A stretch of DNA of 29,718 nucleotides from a virus (IMGVR_UViG_3300008450_000306:1-29718), one strand, 5' to 3'; shown: positions 10,167 to 18,892, numbered from the stretch's first letter. Made by a program: numbers and translations. Notes: a model not told the origin generated them from the letters alone.

Positions 10167-12907
10167 TTGCCTGAGATTTCACATTTGAGAACGTAACCGA
10201 GCATGTTGAAAGGCGTTGGGTCTGCATGCGCAAAAGTCAAGGTCACAGCATCGGTCCAATCCGCTTTAACGTGCTGTTCTTTCCGACCTGAAAACACCGT
10301 AGTTGTTCCTGCTGGGTATTCGATAGCATAAGCCGTTCCGCTCGTCGCGTGTTTGATGGTGCCTCCAAGGCTTTTGTGGAGCAGCAGTTGCGTCCGCTGG
10401 CTGTTAAACTTACGGCCTTGTGCCGTTCCGTCTTGAAGCTGGAACTCCAACGGCATCGGTTGAAGAGTCGAAATATAAGGCAAACCGACAAAAAGAGTCG
10501 TCGCCGCAGCCCCAAGGGTAATCGCCCCGCTCGCAACCGTTTTGCTTTCGCTGGTCGTGCCAGAACGCCACACCTTCACCGTCAGCCCTTCGAGGTGCGA
10601 AAGCCCGGAAACCGCCGTGCTGCTCGCTTGCGTGATTTTTTTCGCGCAGTCGAGGTAACAGAAATCCGTGGCCGTGTCGAAATCGAAAGCCTGCGCAGTA
10701 GGGTAAAACCGCTCGATATACCGCTTTGTTGAACCGTTCACAGTGCGGTTGACAATCATCCAAACGCGATCGGCTTCCGCTGATCCTCGCACAGCTGCGA
10801 TGCTTTCAAACGTGCCTTGCGTGGTGCGCTCGAACCATGCGGTGATTTGGTTGGCTCGATTGTAGGAAAAGCCCAAAAGCCGCCCGTCGCCAGTCACGGC
10901 CCACAAAATAGGGTCCGGTTCACTTTGGTAAGCCAGCGCCACAATGCCGCCGTCTGTTACGTTTTCAGCTCGAAGCGTCATGTCGTTGGCTTCGTAGGCG
11001 TCGGAAGAAAATACATAGGCGAACTCAAAGACCTTGCGCCCGGTAGGTGAAACCCACAAAAGCGCGTCTTTCGTTTGCACGGGCTGCAGCGTGGTCGAGC
11101 CTGCTCGGTTGCGCCGTATGGCTTGCACGTTTGATGGCTTGAGCACTTCGGAGCCGTCGCCACCACCTTGAATGGTCCATTCTTCACCCGTTGTCCCAAC
11201 GACCAGCCCTTGTCGGTAGCTGGCAATCCATCGAACTAGGTTTGATTCGTTTGAGTTCAACACAATGTCGAATCCGTCAGAATCCCCCTCGCCTGTCGAA
11301 AAGTTGAAAAAGTCGTCTACCACGCTGCCACGAACTCGATTTGGCTCTTTGCTGGTGCCACCAAACCACAAGCGCAGATTGTGCAGCCCGACAGCTCCAG
11401 GATAGCCGTTATCCTGCGAAAAGGCATGAACATAAAAGGCCGACGCAGCCACACCAACAGCAGGCTTGGGAGCCAAGCTTTGCCGAGGCAAAGCAGAACG
11501 CACTTGCAGCACCGTCGATGAAGTCAAAGCGCGGATCGTAAACGGCAGCTTTACCTGTGCGTCAGCCGATTCAAGCAACACGCTCGCGGGTGATCCTGAC
11601 AGGGCTTCGCAGTAACCGCCAAGCCGATACCATTCCCCCGCTTTTGCGGCGTCGTCTTCATAAACAAATGTGCCTTGTGAGGTGTCGTTTTGCGTCCATT
11701 CCTTCACTACTTCCCAATTGACGCCATCGAGAGCACGCTCAAGCCGCAGGGTTCCAAGCGGCGATTCGTTGGCTTTCCAGCTTGAGGTTACACTGTAAGA
11801 TCCCTGAATGAAAATAGGCTGTGACGCAGTGTATTCCGATCCCGGCGATCCGCTTGGAGACGTGCCGCCCAATTTGAGCGATGCTCCACGCGGAGAGCTT
11901 GCGCTTGTCGTGCGATACAGCGACGGCTCAATGATAAATTGGTCGCTAACGTCGAGGCCGCTAAACACTGAAGAATTGCTTGCTGTGAGCTTGTAATCAA
12001 CTTCTGCCCCTGTAGCCAGCCGCCAGCGATTGGCCGCAAGATCCGTGGCAAACGTGCCGCTGGTGTGCGCCGTCGTGCAGTAGTAAGCCACGCTCGAAAC
12101 CGTGCGGATGTCGCCCACAACGTAAGCCGTCGAAGTCAACCATGCTGCATGGTCGAAATTGAGTGTTACCGTGTAGCCAGAACGACTCAGTTCGTGTTCT
12201 TTGAGAGGCGGAAAAACGTAACTAATCGGCTGGACGAGGAACGAGTGCGTTACGTTCGTTGTGTTGGCGTCACTCCATGCGGCGTTGCGGATAAAATTCG
12301 AAGTTAGGCTGTCCACCGGAATTGACTCGATCAACTGCGGCGGATGATTTGGATGAACAAGCACAAGCAGCCGGTTGATTTGCTGGATCTGGATGACCGC
12401 CAGTTCGCTCTCGGTGTATTCGTTCGGCCATTCGTAGATGCTGCCAGTCAAAGCGTGCCAATAGCCAGCCGAAAGAGCCGCCGCAAAACTCGAATCTTTT
12501 GCCTCATCATTGTCAACGCGCAGGTAATTTGTGCCGCCACTTGATGCCACATCGCCAAGGTAATACGTCGTTGCCGTCGAATGCGCCGTGACGGAATATC
12601 CGCTTTTGATTTGTAGGTAACCACCCGGATCACTGTCGCGCCAAAATCGAAAATAGCCTTCGCCTACTTCAATAAAGTAGTTTTCTGCAGTCGAAACACG
12701 CAACGGGATGAGCCGTGTTTTTTTTGAAGACGTTTTGACCTCGCCAATGTATTGTGTGCCTGGAGCCTTAAACGCGCCGCCGTAGGGACGCACAATGAAG
12801 TTTTTCATTTGGAGGCAGCCGGTGCGATATTGCTCAAAATCAACTCGGCCTTCCATAAGCGGCGAATAGATGCCGCCGTTGAAATTGACGTGAAGTGAAT
12901 GAGGCAT
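10163..12907 (-). CDS. Tail tubular protein B / nozzle (T7 gp12-like)
   Basis: NFNGGIYSP..GRVD, NFIVRPYGGAFKAPGT, GYPGAV..HNLRLWFGG, YLDC, GLSHLEG, VGLPY motifs; 914 aa. Confidence 0.9.
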   Translation of the reverse strand: MPHSLHVNFNGGIYSPLMEGRVDFEQYRTGCLQMKNFIVRPYGGAFKAPGTQYIGEVKTSSKKTRLIPLRVSTAENYFIEVGEGYFRFWRDSDPGGYLQIKSGYSVTAHSTATTYYLGDVASSGGTNYLRVDNDEAKDSSFAAALSAGYWHALTGSIYEWPNEYTESELAVIQIQQINRLLVLVHPNHPPQLIESIPVDSLTSNFIRNAAWSDANTTNVTHSFLVQPISYVFPPLKEHELSRSGYTVTLNFDHAAWLTSTAYVVGDIRTVSSVAYYCTTAHTSGTFATDLAANRWRLATGAEVDYKLTASNSSVFSGLDVSDQFIIEPSLYRTTSASSPRGASLKLGGTSPSGSPGSEYTASQPIFIQGSYSVTSSWKANESPLGTLRLERALDGVNWEVVKEWTQNDTSQGTFVYEDDAAKAGEWYRLGGYCEALSGSPASVLLESADAQVKLPFTIRALTSSTVLQVRSALPRQSLAPKPAVGVAASAFYVHAFSQDNGYPGAVGLHNLRLWFGGTSKEPNRVRGSVVDDFFNFSTGEGDSDGFDIVLNSNESNLVRWIASYRQGLVVGTTGEEWTIQGGGDGSEVLKPSNVQAIRRNRAGSTTLQPVQTKDALLWVSPTGRKVFEFAYVFSSDAYEANDMTLRAENVTDGGIVALAYQSEPDPILWAVTGDGRLLGFSYNRANQITAWFERTTQGTFESIAAVRGSAEADRVWMIVNRTVNGSTKRYIERFYPTAQAFDFDTATDFCYLDCAKKITQASSTAVSGLSHLEGLTVKVWRSGTTSESKTVASGAITLGAAATTLFVGLPYISTLQPMPLEFQLQDGTAQGRKFNSQRTQLLLHKSLGGTIKHATSGTAYAIEYPAGTTTVFSGRKEQHVKADWTDAVTLTFAHADPTPFNMLGYVLKCEISGK

Positions 12908-12910
12908 GGC

Positions 12911-13744
12911 TTACCAGTTGGTTATCGAAGAGCGTCGAGCGGCGACCAGTTGAGAATTGTATGTGGGTTGAAGCGTGCGTCCCTTGCCGGTGCGTGCATC
13001 ATTCCGGCGCTTTTGCGGTGCCACGATGGCTTCGAACTGCTTGCGGAGGGTTTCTCCCCTGCCGACGCTTTCGGTGATTTCTGCCGCAACATAGGAGGCG
13101 AGCAAAGCCGCAAACGCGTTGATGAAGTCTTGCGTCCAGTTTGCTACTGTTGTGTGCTGATAGACATATTGCAGTTCGATAATGTCGTCATCGGAGAGCA
13201 GCACGCCCTCTTCGATGGCGTAAGGCGCGGAATCTTCTTCGTTGCCCTCGTAACCGTTCACACGCACAACGCGCAGGCAATCGTTTGGCAGCGTGTGCCT
13301 ATAATCCCATCCGTGCAACGGTGCCACGATCCACTCGCCCGTGCCACTTGTATGTGCGCCGGAAAAAACGGAATCATCAAGGTCAAACGTGTTGGCATTG
13401 ATTTGCGTCACATACCATGTTCCATTTGCAGCCGGCACGCCTTGCACGTCCTGCATGTGTATTCGTTGACCGGTTGACAGGCCGTGGCTTGTATAATTCA
13501 CGCGAATTTCATCGGAAGCGCCAGCGTCAGTTAACGCCACGCCTGAAAGCGCAGTCCATGTCAGCGTCAGTCGTGCTCGCTTTGTCGCGAAATTCCACGG
13601 ATGCGAGGCAAGGCACTCGTCACGCGCCGGTGCGAACCAGCGCCGCACCGCCTCCGCCTGTGGCGTCGAATCCGTGTCAATGTCCGTCGCCGTGTTCGCG
13701 GACAAGAGGGAGAGGGCGAGGTTGCAAATTTCAGTCTTGGTCAT
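12911..13744 (-). CDS. Tail tubular protein A / adaptor (T7 gp11-like) with inserted beta domain
   Basis: EICNLALSLL, HPWNFATKR, LPNDCLRV, YAIEEG motifs; internal HGLSTGQRI...NGTWYVTQINANTFDL insert. Confidence 0.88.
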   Translation of the reverse strand: MTKTEICNLALSLLSANTATDIDTDSTPQAEAVRRWFAPARDECLASHPWNFATKRARLTLTWTALSGVALTDAGASDEIRVNYTSHGLSTGQRIHMQDVQGVPAANGTWYVTQINANTFDLDDSVFSGAHTSGTGEWIVAPLHGWDYRHTLPNDCLRVVRVNGYEGNEEDSAPYAIEEGVLLSDDDIIELQYVYQHTTVANWTQDFINAFAALLASYVAAEITESVGRGETLRKQFEAIVAPQKRRNDARTGKGRTLQPTYNSQLVAARRSSITNW

Positions 13745-13758
13745 GGCGCGAAGTGCTC

Positions 13759-13804
13759 AAAAGGAGAACCCTCGCCGCCCCCTGAGCACGAGAGGCGACG
13801 AGGG
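13759..13804 (-). terminator. Putative intrinsic terminator after capsid/decoration genes
   Basis: Imperfect GC-rich stem CCCTCGTCGCC/GGCGGCGAGGG followed by TTCTCCTTTT on minus strand. Confidence 0.5.
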
Positions 13805-13836
13805 CGAGGATTCCACCAACCACGGAGGAAAGCGGA

Positions 13837-14301
13837 TTAGGCCAGCGTATATGCGATGGTCCAGGTTTGCGTGTGAGAAGCGCCGTTCGTCACGGTGCCC
13901 CACGTCACATAAACCCAGGCGTCATCGGCCAGCGTGACCGGCGTAAGAGCCGCGGCGCCAGCGGTGGCACTGAACGACTCATAGCCCGCCGAGCCGCCAA
14001 GCTGAATGCCGGTGCTGTAGCCGTCCGCGTCGCCGGTGCCGTCGTCGTAGATGTAGCCGACAGTTCCCGTGCAGGCGTCGCCGGGGTCTCCGTGATCGAC
14101 CACGCAGAGATGCGGGAGAACTCGAGCACCCTTGGGAAGGCGGACGAGGTAGAGCGGATCAGCCGTCGCAGCGGTGTAGCTGCTCTTGCTGACTTGCACG
14201 ACGTGAAGGTTGCCGCCAGCCTGCTTGAGGTTGGGGGCTGCGCTCATGTCGTTGACGGCATCGTTCTGAGACGAGCCAAAGGTGGTGTAGGTGTTAGGCA
14301 T
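13837..14301 (-). CDS. Putative capsid decoration/cement protein
   Basis: 154 aa Thr/Ala/Gly-rich beta protein with LPKGARV motif directly after major capsid gene. Confidence 0.65.
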   Translation of the reverse strand: MPNTYTTFGSSQNDAVNDMSAAPNLKQAGGNLHVVQVSKSSYTAATADPLYLVRLPKGARVLPHLCVVDHGDPGDACTGTVGYIYDDGTGDADGYSTGIQLGGSAGYESFSATAGAAALTPVTLADDAWVYVTWGTVTNGASHTQTWTIAYTLA

Positions 14302-14339
14302 ATAATGCGAAAAGGAAAAGGGTTCGAAGGTTGAAGGAA

Positions 14340-14364
14340 GGGCGCTGGCTACTCACCAGCGCCC
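14340..14364 (-). other. Intergenic hairpin between capsid and decoration genes
   Basis: Perfect 9-bp stem GGGCGCTGG/CCAGCGCCC, 7-nt loop. Confidence 0.55.
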
Positions 14365-14371
14365 CGAAGGA

Positions 14372-15265
14372 TTACGGGCTTTCGTCCGCATAGACGCGAA
14401 CGACACGCTTGTTCTCAGTGCGGACAGCACCGCAGCGATAAACGCCGCGAATCTGTTTCGCGTGACGGCGAGAGGGCAGCACGTCGATGTAGGTCTGACG
14501 ACCGCCATCGGCAAACTTGATGCCCGACTTCGCCCAAGCAAAGCAGGTGCGAACGTCTGTGCCGCTGTTCAGGCTCAGGCGCTCAGTGCGGATGAACTTG
14601 AACCCGGCGAACATATCGACGGAGCCAGCAGCCAGTGCTCGAACTGTGTTGAAGTCTGCCGAGGTGATCTCAGTCGTGAGCAGCATGTCTTGCAAGCCCT
14701 GCGCCGAGATGGCGAAATAGCGATCATTGTCGTCTACTTCGTTTTCATCGAGGATGCGCTTGGCTGCGAGAATTTTCGCTACTGTGATGCCGCTGTTAGC
14801 AGTCGAGCCGCTGGCGACGTAATTGACGGCGACCTGATTGGCCGTGTCGAAAGCGTCGGTGGTCGTGCCGTTTTCGCCAATGTAGCGAGTGGCGTCCATG
14901 GCCGAAATGATAACGTCATCCTTGGTGCGATTGCTCGCAGCCATCATGCTTGTCACTTCGTCGGAGTCGGGAAGGGCGATGGTGCCAAGCTGCATTTCAT
15001 CGTCTTCATCGAAGATGATGACGCGCTCGAACTTGCGGCGGTAGATCCAGTAGGCGTAACCGGTGCTGTCGCCGTCTGGCGTGTCTCCCTTGCGGGTAGT
15101 GACTTCCTGCAAGGAGCCGATTTCAAGTTGGTTGAACTTCCGGCGTTTGCCGGTGATGGTGGTAGGAGTAGCGGCACCGCCGAGGCGGCTTTCTTTTTGC
15201 TGCGCGAGCATTTCCCAGTTCTTCGAGAACTCGGTTTCGTAGTATGATGTGATTTGGTCAGGCAT
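14372..15265 (-). CDS. Major capsid protein
   Basis: 297 aa; LAQQKESRL, NRTKDDVII, TSADFNTVRALAAGSVDMFAGFKFI, GAVRTENKRVV motifs of podoviral capsid proteins. Confidence 0.92.
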   Translation of the reverse strand: MPDQITSYYETEFSKNWEMLAQQKESRLGGAATPTTITGKRRKFNQLEIGSLQEVTTRKGDTPDGDSTGYAYWIYRRKFERVIIFDEDDEMQLGTIALPDSDEVTSMMAASNRTKDDVIISAMDATRYIGENGTTTDAFDTANQVAVNYVASGSTANSGITVAKILAAKRILDENEVDDNDRYFAISAQGLQDMLLTTEITSADFNTVRALAAGSVDMFAGFKFIRTERLSLNSGTDVRTCFAWAKSGIKFADGGRQTYIDVLPSRRHAKQIRGVYRCGAVRTENKRVVRVYADESP

Positions 15266-15340
15266 GGCCTGTGAATGAGTAAGGAGTTGCGAGAGGCTTG
15301 CCGTTGAGCCGATGGCTTGCCGGGGAGGTGAGTCCTTCTC

Positions 15341-15402
15341 GCGGGTATCTCATTTGAGGCCGCTACTAGGTGTGCTGCGGGTATCCGTCACAAACGGGCC
15401 GC
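15341..15402 (-). promoter_or_regulatory. Tandem hairpins with identical internal loop in capsid mRNA leader
   Basis: GCGG-C-CCGT-TTGTG-ACGG-ATAC-CCGC (15402-15377) and GCGG-C-CTC-AAAT-GAG-ATAC-CCGC (15363-15341). Confidence 0.6.
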
Positions 15403-15463
15403 TTGGCTCTGAATGGTATGACGTGGTGTAAGGCGTGGAATGTCAAACAAAAAAACTTTCTTG

Positions 15464-15492
15464 TTGACGCTATGCGAGCTAGCTTGTATAAG
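15464..15492 (+). promoter_or_regulatory. Sigma70-like promoter of moron 1 with overlapping imperfect palindrome
   Basis: TTGACG-N17-TATAAG, A-tract upstream; TATGCGAGCT|AGCTTGTATA dyad at 15471-15490. Confidence 0.7.
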
Positions 15493-15534
15493 TGCAGCGT
15501 CGAGAGACACAAACCCAAACACTGCACCACCGAT

Positions 15535-15873
15535 ATGACACTTACCCACGATCAACTCATCCGCGTCAAAAGCTTCCGCAATTTCAACCGCATCCGTGTC
15601 CGCACTCAGCAGGGCGTGACTGCTCAGTTTGGGCCAAAGCCCTGCAACGAGCATGGCGAATTGGCGTGGACGATCCAAGAATCAAGCGTGCTCACCGCCA
15701 ATTATACCGGCAAGCAGGCGGATCTTGATGCAAAGCGTGCCGAGATAGCTGCCGCTGTTGAGATTGAAAACGGTCAGCAAATCGAAATCGAAGGCCGTCA
15801 CTACACTGTGCGGGTAGTCGGCGAAAACTTCTTTGATCCAGTGAGCTTCATCCCCGACGCGACGCCGCTTTAA
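15535..15873 (+). CDS. Hypothetical protein, moron 1 gene 1 (112 aa, MTLTHDQLIRVK...)
   Basis: ATG after promoter and AC-rich leader; opposite strand to structural operon. Confidence 0.75.
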   Translation: MTLTHDQLIRVKSFRNFNRIRVRTQQGVTAQFGPKPCNEHGELAWTIQESSVLTANYTGKQADLDAKRAEIAAAVEIENGQQIEIEGRHYTVRVVGENFFDPVSFIPDATPL

Positions 15874-15883
15874 ACCATTCACC

Positions 15884-15907
15884 GGGGCGGCTCTCACGGG
15901 CCGCCCC
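15884..15907 (+). terminator. GC-rich hairpin, possible weak terminator or processing site
   Basis: GGGGCGGC...GCCGCCCC followed by ATTTT. Confidence 0.5.
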
Positions 15908-15939
15908 ATTTTACCCCACACCCAAACACACACCACACT

Positions 15940-16104
15940 ATGAGCAACCTCCCCAAATCTCGCCTGCCGCACACCGGCGGGCGCTACCCGAAACCTCGCA
16001 TCACCGACCGCCGCGTCGAGTTCGCTAACCGTTGGCAAGCGCACCAACGCGCCAAGCTCGGTCTTTCTCCGCGCATCGCAAACCTCAACGAAAATTATCT
16101 ATGA
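15940..16104 (+). CDS. Small basic hypothetical protein, moron 1 gene 2 (54 aa, MSNLPKSRLPHTGG...)
   Basis: Hand-translated; AC-rich leader; ATGA overlap with next gene. Confidence 0.6.
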   Translation: MSNLPKSRLPHTGGRYPKPRITDRRVEFANRWQAHQRAKLGLSPRIANLNENYL

Positions 16105-16250
16105 AATGCATCTGCCCTAAATGCGGTCACCATTTCGACCAACCAGCCGTCAATCAAATCAAAGGTGGCAAGGAACGCTGGAAAGGCAAAACTGCCCAAC
16201 AACGACGAGAAGCCGCGCAAAAAGCCGCTCTTGCACGCTGGAAGAAATGA
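16101..16250 (+). CDS. Zn-ribbon-like + KGG-motif small basic protein (49 aa)
   Basis: MKCICPKCGH...IKGGKERWKGKTAQQRREAAQKAALARWKK. Confidence 0.75.
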   Translation: MKCICPKCGHHFDQPAVNQIKGGKERWKGKTAQQRREAAQKAALARWKK

Positions 16251-16251
16251 C

Positions 16252-16281
16252 AAAAGCCCCGCCTAGCAAGCGGGGCTTTTT
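16252..16281. terminator. Bidirectional intrinsic terminator
   Basis: AAAAGCCCCGC-CTAGCAA-GCGGGGCTTTTT between convergent genes. Confidence 0.85.
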
Positions 16282-16765
16282 ATTGCTCGTTTTCGAGCAG
16301 ATTCAAAAACCATTCGCGATACAGTTTTTTTTCTTGTTTCGATAGCTTGCCATTGCCGCCGATTTGCGGGTGCATGACATAAAATGGATCGTCTGCGTGC
16401 GGAAGCTGGAAGACATGACCAAACTCATGCACCAAACACGCCAAAGCGTCTTCACCGTTGCCAATCCACCGCGCCCAAGTTGACACTGCCCACTTGCGAG
16501 ATTCATCGAGGCGAATTAACCAGCGACTAGGCGCAATGCGTTGGCAGACTGCCACACGGTCAGGGTGCATTGCAGATCGCACTTTCAATGACCATTCAAT
16601 CACCACATCGGCTTGCAATGGCCATGCTGTTTTCGTGATGCCAAGAGGCAGTGGTTGCCATTTGCGGATGTGAACTAAATCCCGCATGACCTCGTTCCAA
16701 ACCGCTGCCGCTTTGCCGGTCACGGTTTCGAGTTCACGCGGGCAGGTGTAGGTCAGGAAATCCAT
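16280..16765 (-). CDS. Metzincin (matrixin/M10-like) zinc metalloprotease
   Basis: HEFGHVFQLPH (HExxHxxxxxH) plus Met-turn VMHP. Confidence 0.75.
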   Translation of the reverse strand: MDFLTYTCPRELETVTGKAAAVWNEVMRDLVHIRKWQPLPLGITKTAWPLQADVVIEWSLKVRSAMHPDRVAVCQRIAPSRWLIRLDESRKWAVSTWARWIGNGEDALACLVHEFGHVFQLPHADDPFYVMHPQIGGNGKLSKQEKKLYREWFLNLLENEQ

Positions 16766-16768
16766 GCG

Positions 16769-17770
16769 TTATGCCGTCATTTGAACGCCTTGCAGCCTCG
16801 CCATAAGGGCAGCAGCCTCTTTCTGGCGTGCGGAGCCTTCTTTGCCGTTGTAGGCGTTATGCCACGGATTTGCAGGATTTCTGCGAATGTCCTCGGCTTG
16901 CGCTTTGCCGTCCATCACGTTTCCGGCCTTGTCAGCACCGACGAGGGCGTCGGGCTTGATGAGATTAGAGACGGTCAGCATGGCCTTGATGAACTTCGCG
17001 TTGTTGGCAAGCTCGCCGTCGTTGAGGTCGAAGCCTGCAATCTGCGCAGCTTTGGCAGCTTTGCCCAGGTTGGCGTCAAAATCCCCTCCCCAATCCTTTT
17101 TAAGTTCGGCAGTTTGCGATTGAATCCACTGGTCGAGCTTGGCCTTGCCAGCGTCCACCATGCCGGTCATTTGTTGTATCTGCCATGCCGCGATCTTGTC
17201 GGCGGCAGCCGGTGGAATGTTGAGGGAATGCGCCAGCTTGGCGAAATCGCCTGCTTTTGCGTCGTCCCATGTCAGCCCCTCGGGCAGTTTTTCGGGTTTG
17301 GTCAGCTTGTAATCTTCGGCCTTCTGCGGAATGCCGAGCACGTCGCGAAGCTGGATGTTGAACTTCTCGACTTCTTCGGGCTTGGCATCAGGAGCTGGAG
17401 CCTTGAGGGTGCTCTTTTGGCCGATGAGCTTTTGAGCGTTCGCCAGACCGCGCAGGGCTTCGACCGGGTTTGGATACTTGCTTAGCACGCCTTCGGCTTG
17501 CTTGAGGTCGTCAGGAAGGCTTTTCGTCCAGTCCTGTTTGAAGTTGCCTTTGTCATCGAGCGAGGCGCGGAAATCAAACGCGCCGCCCTTGCTGTGCTCG
17601 TCATCATCGCCGGAGGAACTGGATACCTGCCGCTGCTGCGTGGCATCGCCTGCGCCGCCCTGTGAGCCAGCGGCGCCGCCGAGAAGCGTCGAGCCTCCGC
17701 CCGATCCGCCGCCGTCGCCGCTGCCTGCATCGCCTGCCTGATTGAAAAAGAACCTGTTGTGGAGTTTCAT
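16769..17770 (-). CDS. Capsid assembly scaffolding protein
   Basis: Gly-rich N-terminus, W..SLPDDL, AQKLIG, LGIPQKAEDY, LKKDWGGDFDANL motifs; upstream of capsid. Confidence 0.82.
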   Translation of the reverse strand: MKLHNRFFFNQAGDAGSGDGGGSGGGSTLLGGAAGSQGGAGDATQQRQVSSSSGDDDEHSKGGAFDFRASLDDKGNFKQDWTKSLPDDLKQAEGVLSKYPNPVEALRGLANAQKLIGQKSTLKAPAPDAKPEEVEKFNIQLRDVLGIPQKAEDYKLTKPEKLPEGLTWDDAKAGDFAKLAHSLNIPPAAADKIAAWQIQQMTGMVDAGKAKLDQWIQSQTAELKKDWGGDFDANLGKAAKAAQIAGFDLNDGELANNAKFIKAMLTVSNLIKPDALVGADKAGNVMDGKAQAEDIRRNPANPWHNAYNGKEGSARQKEAAALMARLQGVQMTA

Positions 17771-17797
17771 GCTTTGTCGTGGTGGTTTGTGGTGTGA

Positions 17798-17980
17798 TTA
17801 TGCAAACGCGTTTTTGATGCCGTTGGCGTTACGTTGGCGGTTGTATTTCCGGCGCTGGCGTTGGTTCAGGCCCGGGCCGTAGCTGGGAGCTGGCGGCCCG
17901 CTCAGGCGCGTCATTCGCAAAGCGCTGGAGAATTGGGCAAAACTGGCGATGTAAAGCATGGGAGCAATTGTGGATTTCAT
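17798..17980 (-). CDS. Small basic hypothetical protein (60 aa)
   Basis: ATG at 17980 after AC-rich leader; NQRQRRK basic motif. Confidence 0.55.
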   Translation of the reverse strand: MKSTIAPMLYIASFAQFSSALRMTRLSGPPAPSYGPGLNQRQRRKYNRQRNANGIKNAFA

Positions 17981-18020
17981 TGTGTTATCGTGGTGGTTTG
18001 TGGTTGGAGTGAATGCGGGA

Positions 18021-18593
18021 TTAGTCGGCCTTGTCCTCGACTTCGCCATCTAGCTTGCGGTTCATGCGGCGCAGTTCAGCGGCCTCGAAGTCACCGAGCT
18101 TTGGCAAGCGACGCGTAGCCGGATACTTGGCTGCAATCTCTTCCGCCGTTGCGTGCGCTTTGAACCACTCGACAAACTCGGGAGCCTTGTCGCCCATTGC
18201 CGGATTGTGAGCGGGAGGTGCCGGAATCTTGCCCTCGGCAGCCAAATCGAGCAGCCGGTCTAGCCCCGTTTTCGAGCTTGCATCGCCCGCCGATTGACTG
18301 GATTCTTCCGGCGCAACGGCAGCGCCCGAAACGCTTGCCGGTTTCCCGGAAATGCTCTCGCCCTCGTTGTTCTCAGTCTGGCCGGACGGAACGACGGGGG
18401 CGATGTTTTGAGGGGTGGAAGCAGCCACGGGAGCGGCGACGTATTCAAACGCCAATTCCGGCTTGCCTGCTGCCTTGCGAATCTGGCCGAGAATGGCCGG
18501 GCCGGGTTTCTTCGGCAAAAAGGCCGTGTCTCCCGTGATGGTGCCGATGTTTTTGCCATCGCGAAGGATGGCCGTGCCTTGAATTTCGATCAT
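18021..18593 (-). CDS. Hypothetical protein (190 aa)
   Basis: Operon-consistent ORF; low-complexity middle, MGDKAPEFVEW motif. Confidence 0.7.
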   Translation of the reverse strand: MIEIQGTAILRDGKNIGTITGDTAFLPKKPGPAILGQIRKAAGKPELAFEYVAAPVAASTPQNIAPVVPSGQTENNEGESISGKPASVSGAAVAPEESSQSAGDASSKTGLDRLLDLAAEGKIPAPPAHNPAMGDKAPEFVEWFKAHATAEEIAAKYPATRRLPKLGDFEAAELRRMNRKLDGEVEDKAD

Positions 18594-18607
18594 GGTCGTG
18601 GTGGTGG

Positions 18608-18892
18608 TTAAAGAGCCTCGCGTTGCTTTTCTGGTGCTGCGTCATCTTCGGACACCGCCAAGCCGAAGCTCAGTTTCTTGGCGATGTGTCGAAGCACGTT
18701 CTTTTCCCCGTCGCGAACCGCTGCCGCTGTCGGGTTGAAATTGTCTTGAGCCGAGAACGACGGCGCGAGGAAACCGAACCTGATTTGCAGATCCGTGAAG
18801 ACGGTTTGAAACTCGGGAGACAGCGCGAGAGAAGCCCAGGCGGCTTTCACCTTGGCCTCATGGTCGATCTTCTTGGCTTGCGTCTCAGTCAT
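18608..18892 (-). CDS. Bbp19-like protein
   Basis: FQTVFTDLQIRFG...TAAAVRDGEKNVLRHI pattern; between portal and scaffold; start reassigned to MTETQAKK. Confidence 0.7.
   Translation of the reverse strand: MTETQAKKIDHEAKVKAAWASLALSPEFQTVFTDLQIRFGFLAPSFSAQDNFNPTAAAVRDGEKNVLRHIAKKLSFGLAVSEDDAAPEKQREAL

Noticed and set aside
399-15247. Numerous long + strand ORFs (e.g. 651-1514, 8836-9633, 14462-15247)
   Set aside because: Antisense shadows of GC-rich structural genes with no recognisable motifs
15370-15534. N-terminal extension of the 167-aa ORF
   Set aside because: Overlaps the promoter and capsid leader; ATG at 15535 is more plausible
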